A stretch of DNA of 64,000 bases from an uncultured Collinsella sp. GTDB taxonomy: Bacteria; Actinomycetota; Coriobacteriia; Coriobacteriales; Coriobacteriaceae. Positions within the stretch are counted from its first letter, which is position 1; each line of letters starts with the position of its first letter. The stretch covers positions 73,294-137,293 of the forward strand of contig CAJKTW010000002.1 of the NCBI GenBank assembly GCA_905202925.1, in the 5' to 3' direction. A model generated the notes under the pieces. The model had not been told where the DNA came from, ran no database searches, and saw only the letters and a program-made list of their open reading frames with translations. Positions 28,395 to 37,275 of the stretch are shown one piece after another. Made by a program: the position numbers and the translations under genes.

Positions 28395-28994
28395 ATGTTC
28401 AATATCGTGCTGTATGCACCCGAGATTCCGGCCAATACGGGCAATATCGGCCGCACCTGCGTGGTTACCGGTGCCCGCCTGCATCTGGTGGAGCCGCTGG
28501 GCTTTTCGCTCGAGGACAAGACGGTACGTCGCGCCGGCCTGGGCTACTGGCAAAACTTGGATGTGACGACCTATGCCGGCTGGGAGGATTTTCTTGCGCG
28601 CAACGACCTCTCCCCCGCCGACGAGCGCCTACATCTGCTGACCAAAAAGGCACGCCGCACCTATGCGCAGAGTACCTACCGCGATGGCGACTACTTGGTC
28701 TTTGGCAGCGAGAGCTCGGGCGTTCCCGAGGAGTTGCTCGCCGAGGCGCCCGAGCGCTGCGAGCGCATCCCGATGCTGCGCGATTGCGACTCACTCAATA
28801 ACGCCAAGGCCTGGGAAGCCCACGAGGAATCGCTGGGACATACCGAGGACAGCCACGAGGCCATCCTTCAACAGGACATCTGCGGCAACTTCGTCAATCC
28901 GGACGACTACCGCATCAGCGCACTCAACCTCTCCAACAGCGCTGCCATCGTCCTCTACGAGGCCCTGCGCCAAACAGGCTTTCCGGGAATGTGA
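28395..28994 (+). CDS. trmL: tRNA (cytidine34/uridine34-2'-O)-methyltransferase TrmL (SpoU family)
   Basis: MFNIVLYAPEIPANTGNIGRTC start; SPOUT motifs. Confidence 0.8.
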   Translation: MFNIVLYAPEIPANTGNIGRTCVVTGARLHLVEPLGFSLEDKTVRRAGLGYWQNLDVTTYAGWEDFLARNDLSPADERLHLLTKKARRTYAQSTYRDGDYLVFGSESSGVPEELLAEAPERCERIPMLRDCDSLNNAKAWEAHEESLGHTEDSHEAILQQDICGNFVNPDDYRISALNLSNSAAIVLYEALRQTGFPGM

Positions 28995-29020
28995 CAAAGG
29001 GATTGTCCCTTTGTCACATT
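28988..29020. repeat. Palindrome family copy P1: AATGTGACAAAGGGA-ttg-TCCCTTTGTCACATT, overlapping the trmL stop codon
   Basis: 15 bp perfect arms. See copies at 30247, 32793 and 34011. Confidence 0.8.
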
Positions 29021-29138
29021 CAAGCGCCATGTCGATGACACACACGCCTAATTGATGCTCTGAATAACGGACCATCGCTTTTAATCAGAATTAACTAGAA
29101 TAAAATGAAGTTAAACGGAGGTGTGAAAGGAGAGCCTT

Positions 29139-30239
29139 GTGGAATATCTCGAGAACCCGTTTACCCCCAGTTTTGGTGAGGTTCCTGCTCATCTCGCTGG
29201 CAGACAACAGATTATTCGGGATTTGGACCGTGCCTTCTTGAGTCAGCGCAGGCGCCCGGAATTGACCTCGATCTTCTCAGGCGCGCGTGGAACCGGCAAA
29301 ACCGCTCTCATGTCGTCGCTTGCGACAAGGGCGGAATCCCACGGCTGGATTGCCGTAAAGACGACCGCGCTCCCGGGAATGCTTGAGGAAATCGAGTTCG
29401 GGGCGAAACGTGCTGCAGGCCATCTCATCGACCCGTCTAACGATTTCGAAGTAACCGGTCTCGGAATTGCACCATTCGGCAGCATCGAGGTCAATCGCGT
29501 TCATGATGTCTCAACCTGGCGCTATCGCATGAGCGACATCATCGACCAGCTCAACGAGGCGGGCACCGGACTGCTCGTCACGGTTGATGAGGTCGATCCG
29601 ACGCTCGACGAGATGATTCAGCTCGCGGCCACGTATCAGCACTTTGTGACCGATGGAAAACGCGTCGCCCTGCTCATGGCGGGACTTCCCAACAACGTCT
29701 CGACGTTGCTGAACCACAAGACGGTCTCGTTCCTTCGTCGCGCCCAGCAATATCATCTGGGTCGCATTGCCGACTATGACGTACGCGAGGCCTTGATTCG
29801 CACGATCCAGGAAAACGATCGCCTGGCAGATGCTGAGGGAATCGATAGAGCCGTTCGCTCGATCTCTGGTTTTCCCTTCCTATTGCAACTCGTAGGCTAC
29901 CGTGCCTGGGATCTCACAAGCGATTCGAAGGAAATCTCGTCACGCGACTTTGACCTGGGAATCAAAATCGCGCGCGACGAGATGGACGACCGAATCCTCG
30001 CGGCAACCTATCGGGAACTCACTGCAGAGGACAAGCGATTCCTCATCGCCATGCTCGATGACGAGGAAGAGTCCACCACCGCCGACCTTGTCGAGCGCCT
30101 TAAGCGTTCGCCGCAGCAGGTCTCCCGCTACCGACGCCGCATGATAGATGCCGGCATCATCGGGGAACGAGGACGAGGGCTCGTCGCATTTGAATTGCCA
30201 TTCTTCCGCGACTATCTCGCGGCTCAATGCGTGAAATAG
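29139..30239 (+). CDS. AAA+ ATPase of the Arch_ATPase/AAA_16 type with C-terminal winged-HTH (DUF234-like); paralog of 32825..33943
   Basis: GTG start after AAAGGAG. NPFTPSFGEVPAHLAGRQQIIRDL then GARGTGKTAL Walker A; C-terminal wHTH (DLVERLKRSPQQVSRYRRRMIDAGII). Confidence 0.7.
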   Translation: MEYLENPFTPSFGEVPAHLAGRQQIIRDLDRAFLSQRRRPELTSIFSGARGTGKTALMSSLATRAESHGWIAVKTTALPGMLEEIEFGAKRAAGHLIDPSNDFEVTGLGIAPFGSIEVNRVHDVSTWRYRMSDIIDQLNEAGTGLLVTVDEVDPTLDEMIQLAATYQHFVTDGKRVALLMAGLPNNVSTLLNHKTVSFLRRAQQYHLGRIADYDVREALIRTIQENDRLADAEGIDRAVRSISGFPFLLQLVGYRAWDLTSDSKEISSRDFDLGIKIARDEMDDRILAATYRELTAEDKRFLIAMLDDEEESTTADLVERLKRSPQQVSRYRRRMIDAGIIGERGRGLVAFELPFFRDYLAAQCVK

Positions 30240-30246
30240 AAGTCAA

Positions 30247-30274
30247 TGCGACAAAGGGGCGCCCCTTTGTCGCA
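30247..30274. repeat. Palindrome family copy P2: TGCGACAAAGGGGC|GCCCCTTTGTCGCA between the convergent ATPase and UvrA-like genes
   Basis: 28 bp perfect palindrome. Confidence 0.8.
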
Positions 30275-30278
30275 GCGC

Positions 30279-32771
30279 CTATAGATAACAACCGGTAATG
30301 CTCTTGGAGCAAGCAGCGATATCCGCCGGCGTGCCGGCGCACACGATTTGCCCGCCCGCGTCGCCACCGCCCGGGCCCATGTCGATTACGTAATCGGCGT
30401 TACGGATAAGGTCGAGGTCGTGCTCGATCACGACAACTGTGGCGCCTTTGGCAACGAGGCCGTCAAATACACTCAGCAACACCTGAACATCGAGCGGATG
30501 CAGGCCGATCGTGGGCTCATCGAATACGAATACGGCATCATCCTGCACGCGGCCCATCTCGCTCGCAAGCTTAAGACGCTGCGCCTCGCCGCCCGAGAGC
30601 GCCGGCGTGGGCTCACCGAGCGTGAGATAGCCCAAGCCCAAGTCGTGTAAGGTCTGTAAGCGCGCCTGAACTTTCTTGAGACCCACCGTGGCGTCGAGGG
30701 CCTCGTCCACACTCATATCCATGAGCTGCGGCAACGTAAGCAGACTTCCGTCCTTGCCCTCGCGATGGATATGCGAAGCCGCGTCTGCATAACGTGAGCC
30801 GCGACATGTCGGACAGACGATCTCGACGTCGGGCAAGAACTGCACGTCGAGCGATATCGAGCCCGTGCCATCGCACGTAGGGCAGCGCAAGGCACCAGTG
30901 TTGTAGCTAAATGCGCCCGCCTTGTAGCCGGCTGCCTTGGCCTCGGGCGTACGGGCGAAGGCGCGACGTAGCTCATCATGGATGTCAGCATAAGTTGCCA
31001 CCGTCGAGCGCACGTTGGCGCCGATAGGCGTAGCGTCAATCAGATTTGCACGGGCAATGCCCTCGGCATCGACCCAACGCACGTGCCCCGGCAGGCGCTC
31101 GCCGGCTGCCTGCGCCTTGAGTGCCGGAATGAGCGTCTCGAGTACCAACGTCGTCTTACCCGAACCCGAAACGCCCGTCACCGCGACCAAGCGACCGCGT
31201 GGGATATCAACTTCGAGCGGCTTGACGGTATGGATGGCATCGGTCGCCATGCGGATATGGCCCCGGTCGAACATTTCCTCGTCGGACACCTGCGGGCGCA
31301 AGCGCTTGGGGTCTGCGCGTAAAAACGGCGCGATGCGGCTGCCCTGCGATTGTTCTACCTCGTCCACCGTGCCTGCAGCGATCACATTACCGCCGCCTGC
31401 TCCGGCAACGGGGCCCATCTCAACCAGATAGTCGGCTTCCGCTAGTACGCGCGTATCGTGGTCGACAACAACCACGGTGTTGCCGTCATCCACCAGATCG
31501 CGCATTACGCCCACCAAGCCGTCGACATTGGCAGGATGCAAGCCAATCGAAGGCTCGTCCAGCACATAAAGCACGCCCGTCGATCGGTTGCGCACCACGC
31601 GGGCGAGCTGCACACGCTGGCGCTCACCCGTGGAGAGCGTAGCACCGGCGCGGTCGAGCGAGAGGTAATCGAGCCCCAGGTCGACCAGGCGACGAGCCGT
31701 GCTCAAAAACGAATCGCAGATATCCACTGCCATGGGCTGCATCTCGGCCGGCAAGGATGCGGGCACCCCGCGCACCCACTCAATCGCCTCACCCAACGTC
31801 ATGGCCGCGGCCTGCGCCAGATTGATACCGCGCACCTGGGGCTGGCGCGCAACCTCGGAGAGACGCGTGCCGCCGCAGTCACGGCACGGGCCCTCGCGCA
31901 AAAAGCGAGCCACGCGCTTTAGTCCCTTATCGTCCTTAACCTTGGCGAGCGCATTCTCGACCGTATAGACGGCGTTGTAATAGGTAAAGTCGAGCGGCGT
32001 GGCGCCCTCGCCGTTTTTGGGAACGTAGAGAATATGCTTCTTAACCGCCGGACCATGGAACACGATGTCGCGCTCTTGAGGTGTGAGCTGGTTAAACGGC
32101 ACATCGGTACGCACACCCATCTCGCCGGCTACCTGCTTCATCAAGTCCCACATGAGCGTGCCCCAGGGAAGCACCGCGCCTTCGTTGATGGTCTTGGACT
32201 CGTCGGGCACCAGGCTCGCTTCGTCCACCTCGCGCATGACACCGGTACCGCCACAGGTGGGGCATGCACCGCCGCTATTGAAAGCCAAATCCTCGGCACT
32301 CGGCGCGTAGAACTCGCGGCCGCATGTCGAACACGTGAGCGACAGGCCTGCGGCCACGTTAAGGCTCGGCTCCACACGCGTCCCGCAATGCGGGCACACG
32401 TGATGGGCGCAGCGGCTAAAGAGCAGGCGCAGGCTGTTGTTGAGCTCGGTCATGGTGCCAAAGGTCGAGCGCACGCCTGGCACACTAGGACGCTGATGCA
32501 ATGCGAGCGCCGCCGGCACGTGCAGTGCTTCATCCACTTGAGCATGCTCTGCCTGCGTCAGACGACGGCGGGTATAGGTGCTGAGCGCCTCCAGGTAACG
32601 GCGCGAGCCCTCGGCATACAAAACACCCAGCGCCAGCGAGCTCTTGCCCGAGCCCGACACGCCGGCAATACCCACGAGCTTTCCCAGCGGAATATCGATA
32701 TCGATGTCCTTGAGGTTATGGACACGCGCGCCGCGCACCTCGATAGCACTTGGTTGTTGCGACACCGCCAT
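30279..32771 (-). CDS. UvrA paralog (class II / UvrA2-like ABC ATPase lacking the UvrB-binding domain)
   Basis: 830 aa versus about 940 aa for UvrA. N-terminus IEVRGARVHNLKDIDIDIPLGKLVGIAGVSGSGKSSLALGVLYAEG, Zn-finger Cys clusters, and two ABC cassettes. Confidence 0.8.
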   Translation of the reverse strand: MAVSQQPSAIEVRGARVHNLKDIDIDIPLGKLVGIAGVSGSGKSSLALGVLYAEGSRRYLEALSTYTRRRLTQAEHAQVDEALHVPAALALHQRPSVPGVRSTFGTMTELNNSLRLLFSRCAHHVCPHCGTRVEPSLNVAAGLSLTCSTCGREFYAPSAEDLAFNSGGACPTCGGTGVMREVDEASLVPDESKTINEGAVLPWGTLMWDLMKQVAGEMGVRTDVPFNQLTPQERDIVFHGPAVKKHILYVPKNGEGATPLDFTYYNAVYTVENALAKVKDDKGLKRVARFLREGPCRDCGGTRLSEVARQPQVRGINLAQAAAMTLGEAIEWVRGVPASLPAEMQPMAVDICDSFLSTARRLVDLGLDYLSLDRAGATLSTGERQRVQLARVVRNRSTGVLYVLDEPSIGLHPANVDGLVGVMRDLVDDGNTVVVVDHDTRVLAEADYLVEMGPVAGAGGGNVIAAGTVDEVEQSQGSRIAPFLRADPKRLRPQVSDEEMFDRGHIRMATDAIHTVKPLEVDIPRGRLVAVTGVSGSGKTTLVLETLIPALKAQAAGERLPGHVRWVDAEGIARANLIDATPIGANVRSTVATYADIHDELRRAFARTPEAKAAGYKAGAFSYNTGALRCPTCDGTGSISLDVQFLPDVEIVCPTCRGSRYADAASHIHREGKDGSLLTLPQLMDMSVDEALDATVGLKKVQARLQTLHDLGLGYLTLGEPTPALSGGEAQRLKLASEMGRVQDDAVFVFDEPTIGLHPLDVQVLLSVFDGLVAKGATVVVIEHDLDLIRNADYVIDMGPGGGDAGGQIVCAGTPADIAACSKSITGCYL

Positions 32772-32792
32772 CGCTCCCCTTCCTATTGATCG

Positions 32793-32826
32793 AATGTGAC
32801 AAAGGGACAGTCCCTCATGTCACATT
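32793..32826. repeat. Palindrome family copy P3 (AATGTGACAAAGGGAC-agTCCCTcaTGTCACATT), overlapping the stop of ATPase-2 and sitting in the 5' region of the UvrA-like gene
   Basis: Read directly; imperfect variant. Confidence 0.75.
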
Positions 32827-33943
32827 ACTCGTGCCATAAAATGCGATCGCGAATATACTTGCCCAGCATGGGCACGCTAAACCGGACGAGACCGTATCCG
32901 GCGGCCTCGATGACGCGCTCGCGAATTAAGCTTGCGCGATATTTACTCGCCCAGCTCTGGGTGCGGTCGCAGCGCTCAATGATATCCGCCATGCGCGTCG
33001 GCTTGCCCTCATCAACCGCCATAGCCTCGATAAAGAGACGCTGTGGGGTGCGCAGCCCGTAATACAGAGGCGCGTCAACCGCTTCGTAGAACTCGGAGAC
33101 GGCATCCGCATGGCCATCCTCGACATCGCGCCTTTCAATGACCTGCGAGCCACGCCGGACAGCAGACCGCCACATGTAATATCCCACCAGCTGAACCATA
33201 TAGGGATGTCCCATGCTCTTGTGCGCCGCAAGGTCCGCCGTCCCCGCATCAATGCAAAGACCAGCACATTCGACCGTCTGGATATATGAATCGCGCACCT
33301 GGGGCAAAGAAATCGTCCCCAACGTACGCTGCTGGGCACGTCGCAAAAACGTCACGCTCGGCTCTTCGAGCAGATCGTCAACCATACTGGGCAAGCCGGC
33401 AAAGACCAACGCAAGACCTCGCTGGTCGCTATCGGGCAAGCCCGTGGCATCCTGATCTCCGAGCACCTGCTGATAGAGAACGGCGAGAGCCGCCAGTTCC
33501 TCGATAGACACCGATTGTGCCTCGTCAATCGCAAACAGAATACCCTTGCTTGGGCCGAGTTTCTTGAGACGTTCGTTGACCAGCCATCGCAACGTCTCGC
33601 CTTTTGCCCGCGCCGCCTCAACCGACATCCGTCCAAACGATGGGCCAAACTCCATTGACGTCACAACGGGCTTATTCGAGCGAAGCGCGTCGGCCAAGCG
33701 GTCGCATAAACCAAGCGAAGCGGAATCGGAGACAACCGCCCATCCGCGCTCACTGGCCAGACGTTGCAGCTCCCGCAGGAGAACTGTTTTGCCACAGCCG
33801 CGGTTTCCTGTAATGAGCATGAGTCTGCCCGGCGCTCCGGCACCGTTATCGAGCCCTTCCTCAAAATCTTCGATGACCGACTCGCGACCGATGAGTATCG
33901 GAGGCCGCTTACCAGCCGTTGGCTTAAAGGGATTTGGATTCAT
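32825..33943 (-). CDS. AAA+ ATPase (Arch_ATPase/AAA_16 type) with C-terminal wHTH; paralog of 29139..30239
   Basis: NPFKPTAGKRPPILIGRESVIEDF then GNRGCGKTVLL; colinear with the paralog. Confidence 0.7.
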   Translation of the reverse strand: MNPNPFKPTAGKRPPILIGRESVIEDFEEGLDNGAGAPGRLMLITGNRGCGKTVLLRELQRLASERGWAVVSDSASLGLCDRLADALRSNKPVVTSMEFGPSFGRMSVEAARAKGETLRWLVNERLKKLGPSKGILFAIDEAQSVSIEELAALAVLYQQVLGDQDATGLPDSDQRGLALVFAGLPSMVDDLLEEPSVTFLRRAQQRTLGTISLPQVRDSYIQTVECAGLCIDAGTADLAAHKSMGHPYMVQLVGYYMWRSAVRRGSQVIERRDVEDGHADAVSEFYEAVDAPLYYGLRTPQRLFIEAMAVDEGKPTRMADIIERCDRTQSWASKYRASLIRERVIEAAGYGLVRFSVPMLGKYIRDRILWHE

Positions 33944-33978
33944 GTCGGCCCCCTCGGATTGGCAAAGGCTAGCAATAG

Positions 33979-34008
33979 TTATATCAACTTATACCGAGTT
34001 ATACCAAC
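33979..34008. repeat. Three tandem about 10 bp direct repeats (TTATATCAAC / TTATACCGAG / TTATACCAAC) in the promoter region of ATPase-2
   Basis: Read directly. Confidence 0.6.
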
Positions 34009-34010
34009 TG

Positions 34011-34042
34011 AATGTGACAAAGGAGCTGTCCCTTTGTCACAT
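34011..34042. repeat. Palindrome family copy P4 (AATGTGACAAAGGa-gct-gTCCCTTTGTCACAT), overlapping the stop of the TetM-like gene
   Basis: Read directly. Confidence 0.75.
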
Positions 34043-36040
34043 GTGGCCGAAAAATTCCGCGTCGGCGGGGCGGTAGGGGCGGAAGGTGGCGGGATCGATC
34101 TTTACGTGTGCCGCGGCGGGCACGTCGTACCATTTGACCGTATAGCCGGCGCCGTGGGCGCAAAAGACCGAATCGGGCGTGTTGGGCAGATCGGCCTCGG
34201 GCTCGTAGGCGGCCGCCTCGATGACGCGCTCGGCATCATGGCAGGTCGCATAACCGGCGAACTCCAGGTACAGATGTCCGCGGCCGCTCGTGTAGGCAGC
34301 CACCTCCAGCGCATAATCCTGTACCTCGGATGCCGGTACGCGACCCACGAGCTTCGCCCGGTCACCCGCCATCGCCGGCGGCTCGTACTCGGCGCCCATG
34401 CGCGTGACATCCGAAAGCGCCCTGCCCACGCAATCTCCCGGCACCTCGAGCTCAAAGTGGTACCACGGCTCCAACAGCACCGCCGCACTCGCCTCGCGTG
34501 CCCGCATCAAACCCTGACGAATCGCGCGGTACGTGGCCTGACGAAAATCACCGCCCTCGGTGTGTTTGGCATGTGCACGGCCACCCGTAAGCGTAATGCG
34601 CACATCGGTGATGGGCGAGCCGGCCAACACGCCCAGGTGATCGCGCTCCATGGCGTTGGTGAGTGCCAAACGCTGCCAGTTCAGATCGAGCTCGTCGGTC
34701 GAGGTCACGGTGCCAAACTGCACGCCCGAACCCGCTGGCAGCGGCTCCAGGCGCAGGTGCACCTCGGCGTAATGGCGCAGTGGTTCAAAGTGGCCCACGC
34801 CCTCGACCGGCTGCGAGATAGTCTCCTTATAGAGAATGCCGCCGGGCTCAAACTCAATCGAAAGGCCAAAGCGATCGGCCAACACCCGCTGCACGACCTC
34901 GAGCTGCACGGCGCCCATCAACTGCAAGTGAATCTGCTCAAGATGCGTATTCCAGCTTACGCCGAGCATGGGGTCTTCGTCCGCCAACTCGGTCAGCGCT
35001 TTAAACACCGCATGGACATCATGTTCGCCCGGGAGCACCGTATAGGTGAGGACCGGCGCAATGACGGGTGCATCGCACCCGGGCTCCGCACCCAAGGCGT
35101 CCCCCGGGCGAACGTGCGCAAGACCCGTCACGGCACAAATACCGCCAGCGGCAACTTCTTGGGCAAGCTCATACTTCTCGCCGTTATAGATGCGAATCTG
35201 ATCGACCTTCTGTTCCCACGCCTCGGCACTGGAATGCCCGCTGATCATCTGTTTTGCGCGCAGCGTGCCGCCGGTCACTTTAACCCAAGCCAAGCGCTCG
35301 CCACGATCCCCGCGGCTGACACGATAGACGCGCGCGGCAAACTCCGGGAGCCACGCCTGCTCACGCATCAGCGCGCATATACCATCCAGTAGCTTGTCAA
35401 CGCCTTGGTCCTTGAGCGCCGAGCCGGCAAAGCAGGGAAAGAGCTTGCGCTCGGCAACCATGCGCGACAGCGTTGCGACAGAAAGCTCACCCGCTTCAAG
35501 AAACTCCTCGAGCGCCGCCTCGTCCAACGCAGCAGCGTCCTCCTGAACGGCACCGCCCGCCAACAGTTCGTTGGCATCCAGACGGCCTTCGGAAAGACGC
35601 TGCCCAAGTTGTGCCAGCAAAACATCGCGGCCGGGATTCTCCAAATCGATCTTGTTGATGAAGATGAACGTCGGGATGTCATAGCGTGCAAGCAGGCACC
35701 ACAGGGTTTCGGTGTGCCCCTGCACGCCATCGTTGGCGCCCACCACCAGAATCGCGTAGTCCAGGGCACGCAGTGTGCGCTCCGCCTCGGCAGAAAAATC
35801 GACATGGCCGGGAGCATCCACGAGCATGACGTGGGTATCGCCGTGGTCGAGCACGGCCTGCGACGAGAAAATCGTGATGCCGCGCTCGCGCTCGATCGTG
35901 TTAGTGTCCAGATGCGAATCGCCATCGTCCACGCGGCCACGCTTGCGAATGCGGCCCGCGTTGAACAGCATGGCCTCGGCCAACGTGGTCTTGCCGGCAT
36001 CGACATGCGCCAAGATTCCAACGACCGCTTGCTTCGACAT
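34037..36040 (-). CDS. EF-G-like translational GTPase of the ribosomal-protection (TetM/TetO/TetW-like) family
   Basis: G1 AHVDAGKTT, G3 DAPGH, G4 NKID, and EF-G domains II to V. Start MSKQAVVGILAHVDAGKTT at 36040 after AAGAGGAG. Confidence 0.65.
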   Translation of the reverse strand: MSKQAVVGILAHVDAGKTTLAEAMLFNAGRIRKRGRVDDGDSHLDTNTIERERGITIFSSQAVLDHGDTHVMLVDAPGHVDFSAEAERTLRALDYAILVVGANDGVQGHTETLWCLLARYDIPTFIFINKIDLENPGRDVLLAQLGQRLSEGRLDANELLAGGAVQEDAAALDEAALEEFLEAGELSVATLSRMVAERKLFPCFAGSALKDQGVDKLLDGICALMREQAWLPEFAARVYRVSRGDRGERLAWVKVTGGTLRAKQMISGHSSAEAWEQKVDQIRIYNGEKYELAQEVAAGGICAVTGLAHVRPGDALGAEPGCDAPVIAPVLTYTVLPGEHDVHAVFKALTELADEDPMLGVSWNTHLEQIHLQLMGAVQLEVVQRVLADRFGLSIEFEPGGILYKETISQPVEGVGHFEPLRHYAEVHLRLEPLPAGSGVQFGTVTSTDELDLNWQRLALTNAMERDHLGVLAGSPITDVRITLTGGRAHAKHTEGGDFRQATYRAIRQGLMRAREASAAVLLEPWYHFELEVPGDCVGRALSDVTRMGAEYEPPAMAGDRAKLVGRVPASEVQDYALEVAAYTSGRGHLYLEFAGYATCHDAERVIEAAAYEPEADLPNTPDSVFCAHGAGYTVKWYDVPAAAHVKIDPATFRPYRPADAEFFGHM

Positions 36041-36270
36041 GGCTCTCCTCTTATTGCAAGCCCATCGCACGCGGCAACGGGCGTTCACGCTCCACACTGG
36101 ATGATACAATTTACGGGCCGGTGGGCGAAGCGGGCCCTATCCCCCGACCGAGCTCATCGCCCCGCGTTGCCGCGCGGCGATTTTCGTAGGTTCGCGCCTT
36201 GCGAAAGCCGGCACCTCCCCTTTTTGTCTGCCCGGGTTCATCTGGGGCGGTAACAATGCGAGTCCCACAA
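36041..36270 (-). promoter_or_regulatory. About 230 nt 5' leader of the TetM-like gene containing a 6-codon uORF (MSSVGG) – possible attenuator
   Basis: Long GC-rich untranslated region between the terminator at 36275..36310 and the RBS; the uORF atgagctcggtcgggggatag was read directly. Confidence 0.35.
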
Positions 36271-36274
36271 CGAC

Positions 36275-36310
36275 GCGTTTTACCAAAAATGGCCCCACTC
36301 GGGGCCATTT
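36275..36310. terminator. Bidirectional terminator AAAAATGGCCCCactcGGGGCCATTTTTT
   Basis: Perfect stem flanked by A/T runs. Confidence 0.8.
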
Positions 36311-36346
36311 TTTATTTGAGCTGGGTGATGATACGTGCCTTGGCTC

Positions 36347-36838
36347 CTACGCCTCGCGCAGCCAATCAAACGCGACACGCGCCGTGCCGTCGGACACATA
36401 GACGATACCGACACGCTCGAACCCCGCCTTGGCGATGGCGCCCTGCATGGGCAAGTTGTCCTCGTGCGTGTCAATACGCAGATGGTCGGCACGCTCCTTG
36501 GCAAAGGCAAACATCGCGGCCGCGATACCGTGCACGGTGCCGTCGGACGCCACGCGGTGCAGCACGGCGTACGGAGTGTCGCTGCGCCACTGACCGTCCT
36601 CGATGACGTCATAGCACTCGTCCGGGCCCGGCAAAAAGGCAAACGTCGCCACCACGCGACCGTCGACTTCGCACACATAGCTGCCACCGGCGGCGATATC
36701 GGCAGCCAGCTGCTCGGCCGAAGGCGTGCCCTCGGGCCACTGCGTGGCGTTGCCATGCGCGCGCATAAAGGCGCGGGCGGCATCATAGATAGCCATGACG
36801 GCGGGAATGTCGGTCTCGAGGGTTTTTCTGATCATCAC
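36347..36838 (-). CDS. GNAT-family N-acetyltransferase
   Basis: GNAT fold motifs over 163 aa. Confidence 0.7.
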   Translation of the reverse strand: MMIRKTLETDIPAVMAIYDAARAFMRAHGNATQWPEGTPSAEQLAADIAAGGSYVCEVDGRVVATFAFLPGPDECYDVIEDGQWRSDTPYAVLHRVASDGTVHGIAAAMFAFAKERADHLRIDTHEDNLPMQGAIAKAGFERVGIVYVSDGTARVAFDWLREA

Positions 36839-36911
36839 GCGGCGACCTCACGTTTATTGGTATCACTTTGATTGAGCAATGATACCAGCGTTTGGAAAGG
36901 GCAAGGAGCGG

Positions 36912-37208
36912 ATGGGAAGCAAAAAGCGAGCCGCCTGGTCAAAGGCCAAAAGCGAGTTTTTGGGCGCTGCCACCGGCGGCGATATGAGCGACCTGTTTGC
37001 GCGCGAGGACGAGCGCCGCGATGCCCTGGACGCCGAGCGCGATGAGGCTTGGCGCTACAAATCGTGCGAGCGCAAAAACCGCTACGACACACGCGCCGAG
37101 GCCGAGGCCGTTATGGCCGACTGCGAAAACCGTGGACGGCGTGGTTTGGCCTGCTACAAATGCGAATACTGCGGCGGGTGGCATCTGACGTCGCATCCTT
37201 GGAAATAG
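36912..37208 (+). CDS. Small basic protein with C-terminal zinc-ribbon (C..C...CxxCxxCGGWH) (start could be 36879)
   Basis: ...CERKNRYDTRAEAEAVMADCENRGRRGLACYKCEYCGGWHLTSHPWK. Confidence 0.5.
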   Translation: MGSKKRAAWSKAKSEFLGAATGGDMSDLFAREDERRDALDAERDEAWRYKSCERKNRYDTRAEAEAVMADCENRGRRGLACYKCEYCGGWHLTSHPWK

Positions 37209-37275
37209 GCTCCGCAACGGAGCGGCGCTCACGCAGCGGCACGGCACCGACACATCGCCGGCCATCACGCGCAGG

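Noticed and set aside
28988-34042. CRISPR array or integron attC interpretation of the recurring palindromes
   Set aside because: Copies are kilobases apart with whole genes between them (not 30 to 40 bp spacers); no cas or intI gene; sequences do not match attC R/L core architecture. Reported instead as a palindrome family.
36111-36308. 65 aa minus-strand ORF in the TetM-like leader
   Set aside because: Gly/Arg/Pro-rich, spans the bidirectional terminator hairpin; more plausibly untranslated leader with a 6-codon uORF.
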